Origin: Eledone cirrhosa
Taxonomy: Eukaryota
Assembly: GCA_964016885.1 (NCBI GenBank)
Contig: OZ024743.1
Location: 13,206,001-13,270,000, forward strand
Direction of reading: 5' to 3'
DNA: 64,000 bases
Shown here: in pieces, positions 1 through 12,562 of the stretch
How positions within the stretch are numbered: position 1 is the stretch's first letter
Layout of the letters: every line of letters begins with the position of its first letter
The notes under the pieces: generated by a model
Seen by the model: the letters and a program-made list of their open reading frames with translations, nothing else
What the model was told of the DNA's origin: nothing
Databases searched by the model: none
Position numbers and translations under genes: made by a program

Positions 1-383
1 CCGATATCACTTAAATAAACAAGATAATTTTCATATGACCAATATATTTATTCCTCATACATTTGTAGTGCATTTCTGCAATATTAGGGCACCAACTTCA
101 AGAGTTGGATGATTATATCAAAAGTTGCAATTTTATCTGATACTTATGTTATGAGAGTAACTGCTCATGTTGACATAAAATGAGGGAAGACAGATTAGAT
201 TTAAAGTTAAAAAGCAGTTTTGATCGACGGAAGAATGTAACATCCATCTCTCGCTAACATACACAAACAATCACAGGTACAAACACTCAGACGGACACAC
301 ACATGCATTTCAATGAATTAAATTAACTTGGCATTATATAATAAGATATGAAAAATAAATATTGAGTATCCGTACTTATTCAT

Positions 384-437
384 ATATATATATATATATA
401 TATATAGTGTTCCGATTCATAACTGATTCCTCGTTAT

Positions 438-520
<83 letters not shown>
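384..520. repeat. (TA)n/(GA)n microsatellite, representative of dozens of TA/CA/GA tracts in the window
   Basis: Directly visible; explains the YIYI, RERE and HTHT pseudo-ORFs. Confidence 0.98.
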
Positions 521-713
521 TCTGGGGTGCTAAGACCACTAATCATGGGAGTACTCAATACATGGGGGGATGCAGAGTGCGTAGAGAGATAAGGCTTGGA
601 TGATTATGTCTAAACTTGCGAAACGATGCTAACGGCGTAATAAATGGGTAATGTTTCACGAAGAGCCTTGATTCTTCAATAATTTATACATATTTTCTCA
701 AAGAACCGAGCAA

Positions 714-766
<53 letters not shown>

Positions 767-837
767 TATAAAAAAACACCAACAACGCTTATATAATGGA
801 AAATATGTGAAATCCTTGGTACAGATAGGTATCTTTA

Positions 838-980
838 AAAAAGGAAAAAAATGACTTGACTTATAGCTCTAAACAATTTGATTTAATTTTATAATATTAT
901 GATTTGGTAGATCTACCAAATCATATAAAATTAAATCAAATTGTTCAGAACTACAAGTGAAGTCATTCTTTTCCTTTAAA
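838..980. repeat. Imperfect palindrome (~70 bp arms) centred on GGTAGATCTACC, next to (TA)n
   Basis: aaaggaaaaaaatgacttgacttatagctctaaacaatttgatttaatttt mirrors aaaattaaatcaaattgttcagaactacaagtgaagtcattcttttccttt. Confidence 0.8.
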
Positions 981-1002
981 AAAAATATATATATATATAT
1001 AT

Positions 1003-1225
1003 ATAACGAAGGAAGTGTGGTAAGGAACCAGGTGGACCATAACCCACCAGAGTACTCAATACTTAGGGTAGTAGAGTGGGCAATAGGAAAATGATCAAGA
1101 CCCCGACGGCAGAACTCAAGCCGTTTCGACGACTATTTCTGTCCTGTCCAGTCCAGAAATTTCTTCCAGTCCAGAAATAGCGGTCGAAACGGCTGGAGCT
1201 CTGCCGTCGGGGTCTTGAACATTTT

Positions 1226-1230
<5 letters not shown>
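1003..1230 (-). mobile_element. Fold-back short element, family A (PLE-end-like), in (TA)n
   Basis: Hairpin gccgtttcgac...gtcgaaacggc plus a unique tail ataacgaagg; six copies in the window. Confidence 0.85.
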
Positions 1231-1306
<76 letters not shown>

Positions 1307-1559
1307 TATATATATATGGACTAGACAATATCCTTACATCTCTTTGACAGAAATTTAACCATGAGAGAATTCATAAATGAAAAGAAACGTTAAATTATTT
1401 GCGTAAATAACCATATGTATGGAAATATGTTGAACTACTATTGTTAGCTCTGAAATTGTCCTGTAAAATATGTTGAAATGTTTTTGTTGAACGTCAGTAA
1501 AATAGCTTAAGTGTTTATGTGTGATTGTACTGTGTGATTATAGATCTTTGAGAACGAAT

Positions 1560-2400
1560 ATTTGTTAATCAAATAAGGGTCCGTTTGGGATATAGACGAG
1601 TAGTTATAAAATCACGAATGTTTGTTTACAAGGTAGTATCACCAATCCAGAAATGTAAGTATATATATATATAAATGTAATGGAATTTATCAATGTACCA
1701 TCAATGTTCCATACGTGAAAATGTAATGGAAACATTACCGGGGACTGTGGAAGTAGTCTCTGTGGTGGTTTCAAGCATTTTAGGTGTGTTATTTGCAGAC
1801 AGGATGATGTGTATTACGGTTTACTTGATACGAATAGGGATTGTGTGTTCTTTAGTCTGTTAAAATGGATTTCTAAATTGTCATTTATACATTGAAATAT
1901 ATTCTCAAATTGAAGTTAATTCTTTTGGCTAGAAATAAAAGAGGTGTAAAAGATAACATCATTTATATAGGAATTTTATTTATCAGACATAACAAGCAGG
2001 AAATAGATATAAAGGCGATAAAGTGCCTATGTTTGTGGATACTGGATGAAATACCATTGAGACTAGCCACATTATAGCATTGGTGCAACACAGGTTCTCC
2101 ATCCTGCTGGTTATTTCTAATAAATGGGATGGTGTTGAGAGGGGCTTTGACGAGTGTGTGCATTTTGGATCAATTATAGTTGTAATTTAAGTTGGAGAGT
2201 TTTAGTAACAAAACCATCGCGATTGAGAAGTTTTGGGTTGAAACACTCTACACTATTAGCAGAAACCCTTGTGGTTCTAATGCAATTTTGGAAGCGATGG
2301 AAAATTCAGACTGTACAATGCAGGAAATAAGCTTTTCTGTCGGTATCTTTGCGTTAATGGATAACGGCTTTGTTGGTCCTGCTGCAACATAGCTGCAAGC
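1560..2400 (-). mobile_element. Possible highly decayed LINE (ORF1 knuckle and start of AP endonuclease)
   Basis: Minus strand gives QCYN followed later by VWNIDG; many stops. Confidence 0.25.
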
Positions 2401-3386
2401 AATCAGTTAAGGATTAGCGCATTTGGGTTTATCTTGTCTAGAAGGGAAGGTTCAGAGAAGCGCTTAGAGGGGTGAGAGTGTTGTCTAGGTTTGGAAGTGT
2501 CAAAGAGGTCCAAGGAATTTCAGTATCAGAGTATCACCGAAGAGACACGTCTGTTCAATGTAAGACACGAGGGCATTGAATGTTCGCTGGTGTTTGGAGG
2601 AGTCTGGGGTGCTAGGACTTATAATATGCAATTAGAGGAATGAGAAGGGAAATTTCGAGATACATTAATTAAAAGTCGATGTTGCTGAAATTCAGGTGAG
2701 AGAAGTGAGTGCTGGCAGAGGGGTTGTATGCAGATGCAAGTCACTAATTGACAGAAAACTATTGGATTACAAAATGTTACCTGGACAGCAGAGTCTGATT
2801 ATCGTTAGAGAAAAAGAGATTTGTGTCTCATATAAAATAAGATGGTATTATTGGAAAAGAAAATAGAAAGAAAAGACGCAGCAAAATTCAACAAAATAAA
2901 GGGAAACGAACAAAAGATTGAAAAAAAAAAATCGAAAATAAAGGTAATTTAAAGGAAATCTTGAAATACATAAAAATAACTCAAACAACAAGCCAGTAAT
3001 ATTTTACAATATACAAATTAACAGAAAATCGCTTGATGAATTAATGCAAAGAAAAATTAATTAAGTCAAATCAAAATTAAATTTAGAATTTTAAGGAGGT
3101 TTCAAACAAATTATAAATTTAAAGTATTCTCTACCACCAAACTGAATGCTGTCAAGCAGTAAAATGAAATTAAATGAAGCAAGTCACAATAAAATCGTAT
3201 GAATATTGGATAATGAATTGTTAAACTTGTCATGAATGTAGAGATGGCAATCAGAACATTGTTAAAATATGTAGAATTAATGCAAAAGAGTTGGGGAGAC
3301 CGTCCAAATGTGAAAGGAATAATTCTTTACAAGAATATATTTTACGCAAAATAATTAGTAGACATATATAAGCTTCAGTTAAGAAC

Positions 3387-4790
3387 CTTCTTCTTCTTCT
3401 TCTTCTTCTTCTTCTTCTTCTTCTTCTTCTTCTTCTTCTTCTTCTTCTTCTTCTTCTTCTTCTTCTTCTTCTTCTTCTTCTTCTTCCACTTACTCCTGGA
3501 AGCGCCGTGGGGGCAGAGTCCGCAAACATTCCTTCCAGCAGATCCTGTCAGAGACAACCATCTCCAATTGTTCTGGCTGGATCCTCAAGTGAAACCAGAT
3601 GAGCTTATTAATGTTATCCAGCCATCTTGCTCGGAGTCTACCCCTGGTTTGTTTTGCCCATACAACCTGTCCAATACATTCTAACCAAATGCCTGTAATA
3701 TCAGAGCCGTGATATCTCAATTAAAAGAAGTAGCGGCTCTGCCTCGAGCGACTCTTCCGAGCTACACACTCTATCGAGTAACGTTACTCCAAAGACCCTT
3801 CGCAGAAACCCAGTTTCAGACGTCTGATTTCGCGATAGTCTTCTTTCGGTCATTATACAAGATTCATGACCATAGGTAAGGGTTGGCACGAATGCCGAAT
3901 TAAAGATAACGAGTTTGGCACTTATACCTAACTCCCTTCTTTTGATTACCAAATGCTGAAGCTGGCGCATTACCGCTCCAGCCTCCTGCATTTCTTGCAC
4001 TTAATTCCGCCTCCTGCCTTCCACCACTTGTGCACACGGCCCCGTCTCACACGTAGAGTGCATTGTGTATGCTTTCTTGAGATGACGATTGTCTTATTCT
4101 TCACAGCATTGATTTTCATTCCAGCCGTGCAGCACTTGGCAGACCTACGAAGTTCATGTTGGATATCGCCTTCTGACGAGTTAAGTAAAACCATGTTTTC
4201 TGCACATTCAAGCCGACGGATCCTACACCCGCCACTCATTATACCATTCCCAACCCGGCTATGCGTGTCAACTCAAATCATGGAGATTATGAACAGGAGA
4301 GTTGACGAAAAGCACCCTTGGCAGAACCCGATTCTCACATTGAATAATTTCGGTTTAGTATTATTTATCCGAACACAAATACTAGAGCATGCATCTAGAG
4401 ACATCATGGTGGCATGAAACTTTCCATTGGTCTCATACTTCTGCAGAAACTTCAACAGTGGGTCATATGCCTTTTGGAAGTACGAAACAAACAAGCATAC
4501 AACTCTTATCAGTACAATTTCTCTACATTACTTTGTCAGACACTTAACGTCAACATTAGTGGGGAGGCTTAACAAGGAGACCTCTCTGTAATTAGCACAA
4601 GCTCTCTTGTTTTAGCCTTTGAAAATTGTGGTTATTATTCCCGATCGCCTTTTCTGGGATGCCTTTCCTTAGATCCAGGCCACACAGCACACACGTGCCA
4701 ACCAGAAAATACCTTTTCTATGTACAGTTTTTTAACATCTCGGGCCGAATTTCATCCACCCAATGGCTTTGCCACAATTGAGCTCTTTAA
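3387..4790 (-). mobile_element. RTE-clade LINE, 5'-truncated and frameshifted, with (GAA)n tail
   Basis: Minus-strand peptides GKAIG.DEIRPEMLK, CANYREVSLLSLP, QGCFSSTLLFII, FVPTLTYGHESC, RGRLRARWLDNI; (CTT)n at 3387-3486 is the 3' tail. Confidence 0.9.
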
Positions 4791-4894
4791 TTGCACATAA
4801 TCCCAGCCTTCGAGAGATTATTTATCGCTTCCAGATGCATCTCATGTACATCAAAATATGCTCTAGTGATCGGGATTAGGAGACCAGCAATTAT

Positions 4895-4984
<90 letters not shown>

Positions 4985-6612
4985 TCCAAACATCTGCGAA
5001 GAAAAAAAGAAGAGATAGACAAGTATTTTTTAATAACCATCCCATACATGAAATTTGTTCTACTAGAGCGTCAACAGAAAATCGGTTGATCTGTTCATCA
5101 TAAAATGCAGTGGTTCATACATTTCATCATAGAAACCCAGATGAAAGAGTTTGAAAGTTTGTGAAAGAATCAACGCAAATTGAACATTTGATAACCCAAT
5201 AGAAATATTAATGTAAATAATTTGCAATTGAAATTGGAACTAAAATAGCTCTCATATTTTACAGTATGTTTAATTTAGAAAGTAAATAAATATTCATTAA
5301 TCATATGCTGTTAGCAACTCAACGATATTCCTAAGTATTTTGAAGATAACCAAATTTGATCTAATTATATTTAGTAGTTAAAGGAAATAAAATCTGTCGA
5401 TTAACTAGAATAGACATGAAACTACGTTAGAATTAATTAAATAATGGTTTTAATTTCGTTCTCTTTCTTTTTCTTTTAGCCGTTTTATTTCCTCTTGGAA
5501 CATTCATGTTTATAATTCTTGATTGTACACTCACTTTCAATTTAAGTATTTTATAGTCAGCTTATGATTAACTTCAGAACGCTAATTTGGTTTCCAGAAT
5601 TATTTGAATGTCTTATTCCAAGAAAAATTTCATACCCAAGATATCACGAATTATTTGTATTTGAAATTATCTTTACTGTTATATTCTTTCTCTAATTAGA
5701 TAGGCGAAAGTTTTAGATATTAACATGGTATAGTTTACATTTACTTTAACTAAAAAAGGAAATTATTTTGTAACACCAAAAATAAAATGTTATACGATTA
5801 CTATTATTTCTACGAATTTTACTTTTAATTTTCCGGCCTGTATTCTTTATTTATTAGTTAGGGTTTGAGGATGAAACAGTTCCCATCTTAATCACTGGCT
5901 ATACGAGACTATTGAGCCTGCTGCCATTAAGTCAATTACATTTTTACATACATGCTTTTGTCAATTTGCTTTCAATTACACTATGTGATTATCACAACAT
6001 TTAGATATCAACTATGTTGGTAAAGGCAGCATGCTAATTCAGATCTGAAAATGATAATTTGTGATTTTTCAATCTTCAGATTTAATGCTTCAGCTAGATA
6101 ACGTGAGGTTTTGAAATGATAAAGAGGGTGAACATCGAATGCTTTGTCACCACGGTATATTTCAAGTATAAATCAGCCTATCATTCTCCGAGATTTACTT
6201 ACAGAAGACACCCAAAGTAAATACTGCTATTTACACAAGTGATTAGTTTTTACGTCGTGATACCAACTTGCAGCAAGGTAAACGAAACAGACACAAGAAA
6301 AAACAAAACACGAACACAGTGCGGTTCATCCTTAAATACTAATAAATTGAGACGCTTCATACAATCGTATATCTAGTTAGAAAATTAGTCAAATCTTGCA
6401 GAAATAATAACTTACTGTTTTAAAACAGAACACTTTCATGAATGTGGACGTATATAGGATAGGCCTAAAAACACAGAAGTGTTATAGTAGAAAACTATTT
6501 CCTCAAATATTTGTGTGACCAGAGCCCTCTTGGGGATAAATAAATTAACGAGAAAAAGACATAAAAAAAAACGTACCACATAAATAGTCATACAAACATA
6601 CACATACACTCA

Positions 6613-6783
<171 letters not shown>

Positions 6784-7004
6784 AAACATATATACCAATA
6801 CACATACAAACATAGATGGCCAAACACATGGTTTCTGCTGAAATATTATGCCTCTGTAATTATATCCTGTATAATTTTCTTCAGATCCTGATGTCATGGT
6901 GGCTAACAAGAAAAGCAAACAGGTTTGGAAATTGTTCTAATAAATTGGTGTCTTTCTTCCTTCTACATACAGCTTAGCATTCTTAAAATGAGAGACATAA
7001 CAGA

Positions 7005-7051
<47 letters not shown>

Positions 7052-7248
7052 AACATACATATATGTGTGTGTATGTGTGTTTGTTTTTGTAAAACAGGAT
7101 ATGGAAAGGAATGTGACAAATTAATAAAACACATCACTCCATTAATGTCGTATATTTTTATTTACACATGTATGCATGTCTATATGTATGTATATATTAA
7201 TGTATAAATATAAAAGTACATACACACGTGTATTTACATATATATATA

Positions 7249-8010
7249 GTTATACTTGGGTAGGGTCATATTTGTGTAATAATATTGCCTGAATTAATAA
7301 CAGAACACACTCACTGTTTGGTTGCTTTTCGCTTCTGTGTCTTTTATATCGGTTAATTTAATTTATTCGGTCCTCAATGTTACCATTGACTGACCAACGG
7401 TCAAAAATAGAGATACAATATAGACATAAACACATATATATAGTCTAACAAAGTTCTTTCGTTGCACATCTGCAACTTCGTCAGTGGTGCTATTATGTTT
7501 CCCCCCGTTGCATTGCATGCCTACGCCATCTTTATTTAGTCTGTTTATTTATTTATTTATTAACACACATCAAACAAAACACTATGCACACAGGCAAACG
7601 CATGCGCAGAGAAGACAAAAAAACAACAACAAATACATAAATAAATAAACAGACTAAATAAAGATGGCGTAGGCATACAATGCAACGGGAGGAAACATAA
7701 TAGCAGCACTGACAATGTTGCAGATGTGCAACGAAAGAACTTTGATAGACTATATATATGTGTTTATGTCTATATTGTATCTCTATTTTTGACCGTTGGT
7801 CAGTGAATGGTAACATTGATGACCGAATAAATTAAATTAACCGATATAAAAGACACAGAAGCGAAAACCAACCAAATAGTGAGTGTGTTCTGTTATTAAT
7901 TCTGGCAATATTATTACACAAATATGACCCTCCCCAAGTATAACAATATTTGTTTCGACACACGATTTCATATCAAAAACCTCGCAAAATTAATTCATCG
8001 CCGTTATACT
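7249..8010 (+). mobile_element. PLE family B terminal repeat with inverted 5' copy (~305 bp arms at 7249-7556 and 7637-7944)
   Basis: Large inverted repeat; near-identical to 60560-60905, which lies downstream of a GIY-YIG remnant; ends in (TA)n. Confidence 0.85.
7446..7492 (-). ncRNA. Hammerhead-like ribozyme in family B (CUGACGA-A-GUUGCA/UGCAAC-GAAA-GAAC-UU)
   Basis: Core and 6-bp helix II are present, with an extra nucleotide after A9 and a weak helix I/III. The mirror copy at 7701-7747 has CUGACAA. Confidence 0.55.
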
Positions 8011-8027
8011 ATATATATATAGTATAT

Positions 8028-8211
8028 GGTGGATTGGCAGTATCAGTAGAGGATCGGACGCCATGCTTTCCAGCATAGTTACGTCCCTTTACGATCTGAG
8101 TTCAAATCCCGCCGAGGTTGACTTTGCCTTTCATCCTTACGGGGTCGATAAAATAATGTACCAGTAATGCACTGGGTAATTGCTGTCTTGTGCCTAAAGT
8201 AGAAACAGTTA

Positions 8212-8212
<1 letters not shown>
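8028..8212 (+). mobile_element. tRNA-derived SINE, family S1
   Basis: A-box-like tggcagtatcagta, B-box gagttcaaatccc, conserved core gcctttcatccttacggggtcgataaa. Confidence 0.85.
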
Positions 8213-8254
<42 letters not shown>

Positions 8255-8318
8255 AACACATATCTATATATAGATATAGATACATATATATATATATATA
8301 TATATATATTAAACAAAA

Positions 8319-8351
<33 letters not shown>

Positions 8352-8611
8352 CGTGTATACATATAATTAAATAAACGTATATAAATAAATGAATACGTAT
8401 ATAACAAGTTCACACACATACCTACATGTAAATACATTTATGTTCGGAGACAACGTAAACCAAAACACGATGTACACATATACACACACCCTACATACGT
8501 ACGAACCCTCATTCTCACACAGACGTAAAATTCACGTATACACATAACCAAAAGCGAAAACACACGCCATGCATGCATATAAACGCAAGTACACATAAAC
8601 ACGCGGACACA

Positions 8612-9375
8612 TACAATCTAGCCTTAGCTAGGATCTCCCAGTGTAACCTATATAGGGTGTGGTTGTCTTTTGGACTCCAGATATGAGCTGAAAGTGACGT
8701 CATATTCCTTCTTAAAGGGTAACGAAAAGAATGGGTATGCATGTAAAGACGCTGCTTGAATCTATTGGCGGTTAACCATATGTAGGCCCTACTGGACGTG
8801 GGTGTTTCAACCTTACATTTGTAGACAATGTTAGTAGAGAGTCATTTCGCGGATAGTGGCAGTCAATCTGATTCCTACAATTACAGTTAGTACTAGCTAC
8901 ATGGTTGCACGTGTTCCTACGGCTAGGTAGTTTAGCTAAATTTGAAGATGTGATGTTATGTGCAAGGTTAGGAGTCGTAGAGTAAGAAATTTTAATAGTA
9001 TTTCTATTAAACATTTTACTATATTTATGTGTAGGGGGAAAATGCTTCATAATAAAGGAGAGAAAGTTCTTAGCTGATGGTGTGGCCACCTCCATATTAT
9101 ATGGTGGGTTATACCATATAATGCGTCGGGATCTATTTCTACTAGGTCTATTCTCGTACTCTGTATATGCTACCTTATCGATAAATCCACTCCGAGCAAG
9201 AGCTTCATTGTAATATGTGGAATGGTCGTTGAAAATATGCTCGTTAGTAGATAGACGTGAAAGCCTCAAAGAAACGTGTCTAACCAGGTTCTTGGTTATG
9301 CTGGCAGGATGGTTAGAATGCTTACTTATGTAATTAGGCGTATCATTCGGCTTTCTATACGGATAATGCAAGCCA
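8612..9375 (-). mobile_element. Naiad-type PLE fragment (RT thumb, CxCx5C linker, GIY-YIG)
   Basis: YPYRKPNDTPNYISKHSNHP, IIWYNPPY, FNRNTIKISYS, CNCRNQIDC, TSLSAHIW, WEILAKA. Confidence 0.9.
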
Positions 9376-9462
9376 CTTCTGCGTTCACAGATTGACTTTG
9401 TTAGTTTCAGATGATCCCGTTAAGGGTGAAAGCAGCTATTCTTTGCTTAAACTTTAATCTGT

Positions 9463-9468
<6 letters not shown>
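9375..9468 (+). mobile_element. Short PLE-end-like fragment, family C
   Basis: Near-identical to 24656-24750; ends in (TA)n. Confidence 0.7.
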
Positions 9469-9528
<60 letters not shown>

Positions 9529-9789
9529 GGAAAAAATGAAAGGAAATTTCATTTCCCACTCTTAGTACGGCTGTTACTTAAATATAAGTATGTACACGTA
9601 CATACATATATGTATACAGATGTACAGTAGTATGTATATATATATACATACATGCACACATATGTATATGTACGTATGGATTCACCGAACATTTATTATA
9701 ATGCTCGATGTGTTTGTAAACAAACATCCTGTATTAAGCCGTAGTGTCTAGCAACCATCGTTGCTCGTTTGCTCAACACTGACAAAGGA

Positions 9790-9832
9790 ACGCTGTACTA
9801 GTTTCAAGCTTATTAGCTATCGCCAGCAACGT
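9790..9832 (-). ncRNA. Type I hammerhead (core mutated to CUGGCGA)
   Basis: ACGUUG-CUGGCGA-UAGCU AAUA AGCUU-GAAA-CUAG-UA-CAGCGU. Confidence 0.75.
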
Positions 9833-10331
9833 ATACCTTCTTGCCAGATTGTTGAACGTATATACTTACCTTATGCATATTAACGGCTGAGTAGCCCAAT
9901 TTGCATATCGGGTGGGTTAATCCGCCGGGTGCACCGAAAACGATAAACGGAAAAAATGAAGCGAAATTTCATTTCCCACTCTTAGTACGGCTGTTACTTA
10001 AATATAAGTATGTACACGTGCATACATATATGTATACCGACGTACAGTAGTATGTATATATATCCATACGTGCATATATATATATGTGTGCATGTATGTA
10101 TATATATATAATACTACTGTACGTCGGTATACATATATGTATGTACGTGTACATACTTATATTTAAGTAACAGCCGTACTAAGAGTGGGAAATGAAATTT
10201 CGCTTCATTTTTTCCGTTTATCGTTTTCGGTGCACCCGGCGGATTAACCCACCCGATATGCAAATTGGGCTACTCAGCCGTTAATATGAATAAGGTAAGT
10301 ATATACGTTCAACAATCTGGCAGGAAGGTAT

Positions 10332-10374
10332 ACGTTGCTGACGATAGCTAATAAGATTGAAACTAGTACAGCGT
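10332..10374 (+). ncRNA. Type I hammerhead ribozyme with extended helix I
   Basis: ACGUUG-CUGACGA-UAGCU AAUA AGAUU-GAAA-CUAG-UA-CAGCGU; helix I extends through CUGGCA/UGUCAG and GUUCAACA/UGUUGAGC. Confidence 0.85.
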
Positions 10375-10574
10375 TCCTTTGTCAGTGTTGAGCAAACGAG
10401 CAACGATGGTTGCTAGACACTACGGCTTAATACGGGATGTTTGTTTACAAACACATCGAGCATTTTAATAAATGTTCGGTGAATCCATACGTACATATAT
10501 ATATGTGTGCATGTATGTATATATATATACATACTACTGTACATCTGTATACATATATGTATGTACGTGTACAT

Positions 10575-10612
<38 letters not shown>

Positions 10613-10927
10613 TGGGTATATATATATATACAGACACTTGTATTTTCAAATACTTTTATACAAAGCCTTTATCCTAAGCCTCGTATACGCCCACATAGGC
10701 ATTGGACTACGAATTTGAATATCGAACCGCACGTGCGCGGGAGTACTCAATAAAGTATTTTACTTTTGGTTAATAATAACTTATGCATTAAGTTTCAAAA
10801 TAGATTTTGTTTTCTCGCAGCAGTGGAACATTCTTCAAACTACTGTAGTTATAAGCATGCACCAACAAATCAGTAAAATCTCCTTTGTACATATAGAGAA
10901 CGAAAGAGATACAAAAGAGGTAGCGTG

Positions 10928-10963
<36 letters not shown>

Positions 10964-11340
10964 TGTGTGTGTGTGTGTGTGTGCATACATATGAATATAA
11001 GTATGGGTGTGTGTGCGTATGTGTGTCTGCTGAGAGGTAGAGGAAGAAGTAGAAGGACAAGAGGCAAACAGAACATTGTTGCAAATATGTCGATAATTAT
11101 ATCATAGAATTGTAAATTTGCAATTATTTAAGCACGCGCAAAGCTAAGAAAACATAACAAACAAACAACGAAGGAAGGCAAAAAGTAAACTAAATAAAAT
11201 CTATAACATTAACTATTTAGGCGCACGCAATTATTTAGGGAGATGACGATGATGATGCTGAATATGATCCCCCTGATTATTATCACTTTCATCAATGTTG
11301 TCAACAAGGTCATCGTCAATATTTCTCCGTAATTATCTAT

Positions 11341-11477
<137 letters not shown>

Positions 11478-12109
11478 TGTGTGTGTGTCTGTGTGTGAAT
11501 TGAAAGGGACAAGATGCTGTGTGGTTACTAATAAAGGGTGTTTACAAATGTAAAGGAAACATATACATAGACATAGACAGTTCCCCTCTTCCGTTGTCTG
11601 CTGTGGGTTTCAGATGTTTCGGCGCATTAAAGACAATACAACTCACTACAATGCGATAATAACTTAGGAAGTTATTAGAAAAGAAAAGACAAAAAAGTGA
11701 TGATAGCGAAGGGAAATAAAATAAATAAAAGAGAAAAAACAGAAGAGAATAAACAGTAAGTATACCGATAGAGGGGGAAACACAGGCACACATATGTAGC
11801 AGTAACCAAGGGAAGAGAGGACGAAGTTAAAAAAGGCAGCTGGGTGTAAGCCCTAAGACGTTGTTAACAGCAAGAGGGAGCAAAGAGAAACACGCCTGAT
11901 CTCAGTGAGATCCCCTCTTTACGCCTGTTGTCACCGAGATCAGAAAAAGATATGTATTGACATACATATACATGTACCTCAATACTCATCTTTTTCCCAT
12001 TTCTTAGAGGGTTCAGAACCCTACTATCAAGCTAAAATTTCTTTAGTCAAAAGATACGGTGAAAGCTTCTATTTCTAATTTTAACTAGCTTACTGTTTCA
12101 AAACATACT

Positions 12110-12156
<47 letters not shown>

Positions 12157-12160
<4 letters not shown>

Positions 12161-12354
12161 AAAAAGTATGACCCCGACGGCAGAGCTCAAGCCGTTTCGA
12201 CGGCTATTTCCGGAGTCCAGAAATAGCCGTCGAAACGGCTTGAGCTCTGCCGTCGGGGTCATACTTTTTCCTATTTCCCACTCTACTACCTACCCTAAGT
12301 ATTGAGTACTCTGGTGTGTTATGGTCCATCTGGTTCCTTACCACAATTCCTTTG

Positions 12355-12358
<4 letters not shown>
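12157..12358 (+). mobile_element. Fold-back family A copy
   Basis: Same hairpin and tail as 1003-1230; TA-flanked. Confidence 0.85.
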
Positions 12359-12391
<33 letters not shown>

Positions 12392-12394
<3 letters not shown>

Positions 12395-12562
12395 TCATCA
12401 TCATCATCAGGTTTAGCATCCGTGTTCCACGCTTGCATGGGTTTGGACGGGGGTTTTCCCACTTGAGGCAAGAGTGGTTGTCTTGCTCGCATAGGACTGT
12501 CTGGCGGGTTTTCTACAGTTGGATGCCCTTCCTAACACCAACCACATTTACAGTGTGGGGCT
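12392..12562 (-). mobile_element. SINE or RTE-tail short element with (GAT)n tail
   Basis: catcatcatc...ttccacgcttgcatggg...tggatgcccttcctaacaccaacc resembles common mollusc RTE-related short repeats (from recall). Confidence 0.6.

Larger units (their letters stand above)
9525..10578. mobile_element. Retrozyme-like HHR repeat (420-nt period) arranged as a head-to-head ~500 bp palindrome between (TA)n tracts
   Basis: Direct repeat at 9529 and 9949; mirror centre near 10078; one HHR per arm; no credible protein-coding ORF. Confidence 0.8.

Noticed and set aside
4173-4200. Other CTGANGA hits (4173, 18547, 45257; 27299 and 39199 on the minus strand)
   Set aside because: No helix II followed by GAAA and no helix I pairing.
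11826-11882. Twister-ribozyme-like string (uaa..gguguaagccc..gaggg)
   Set aside because: P2 and the pseudoknot pairings could not be formed; an Infernal twister search would settle it.
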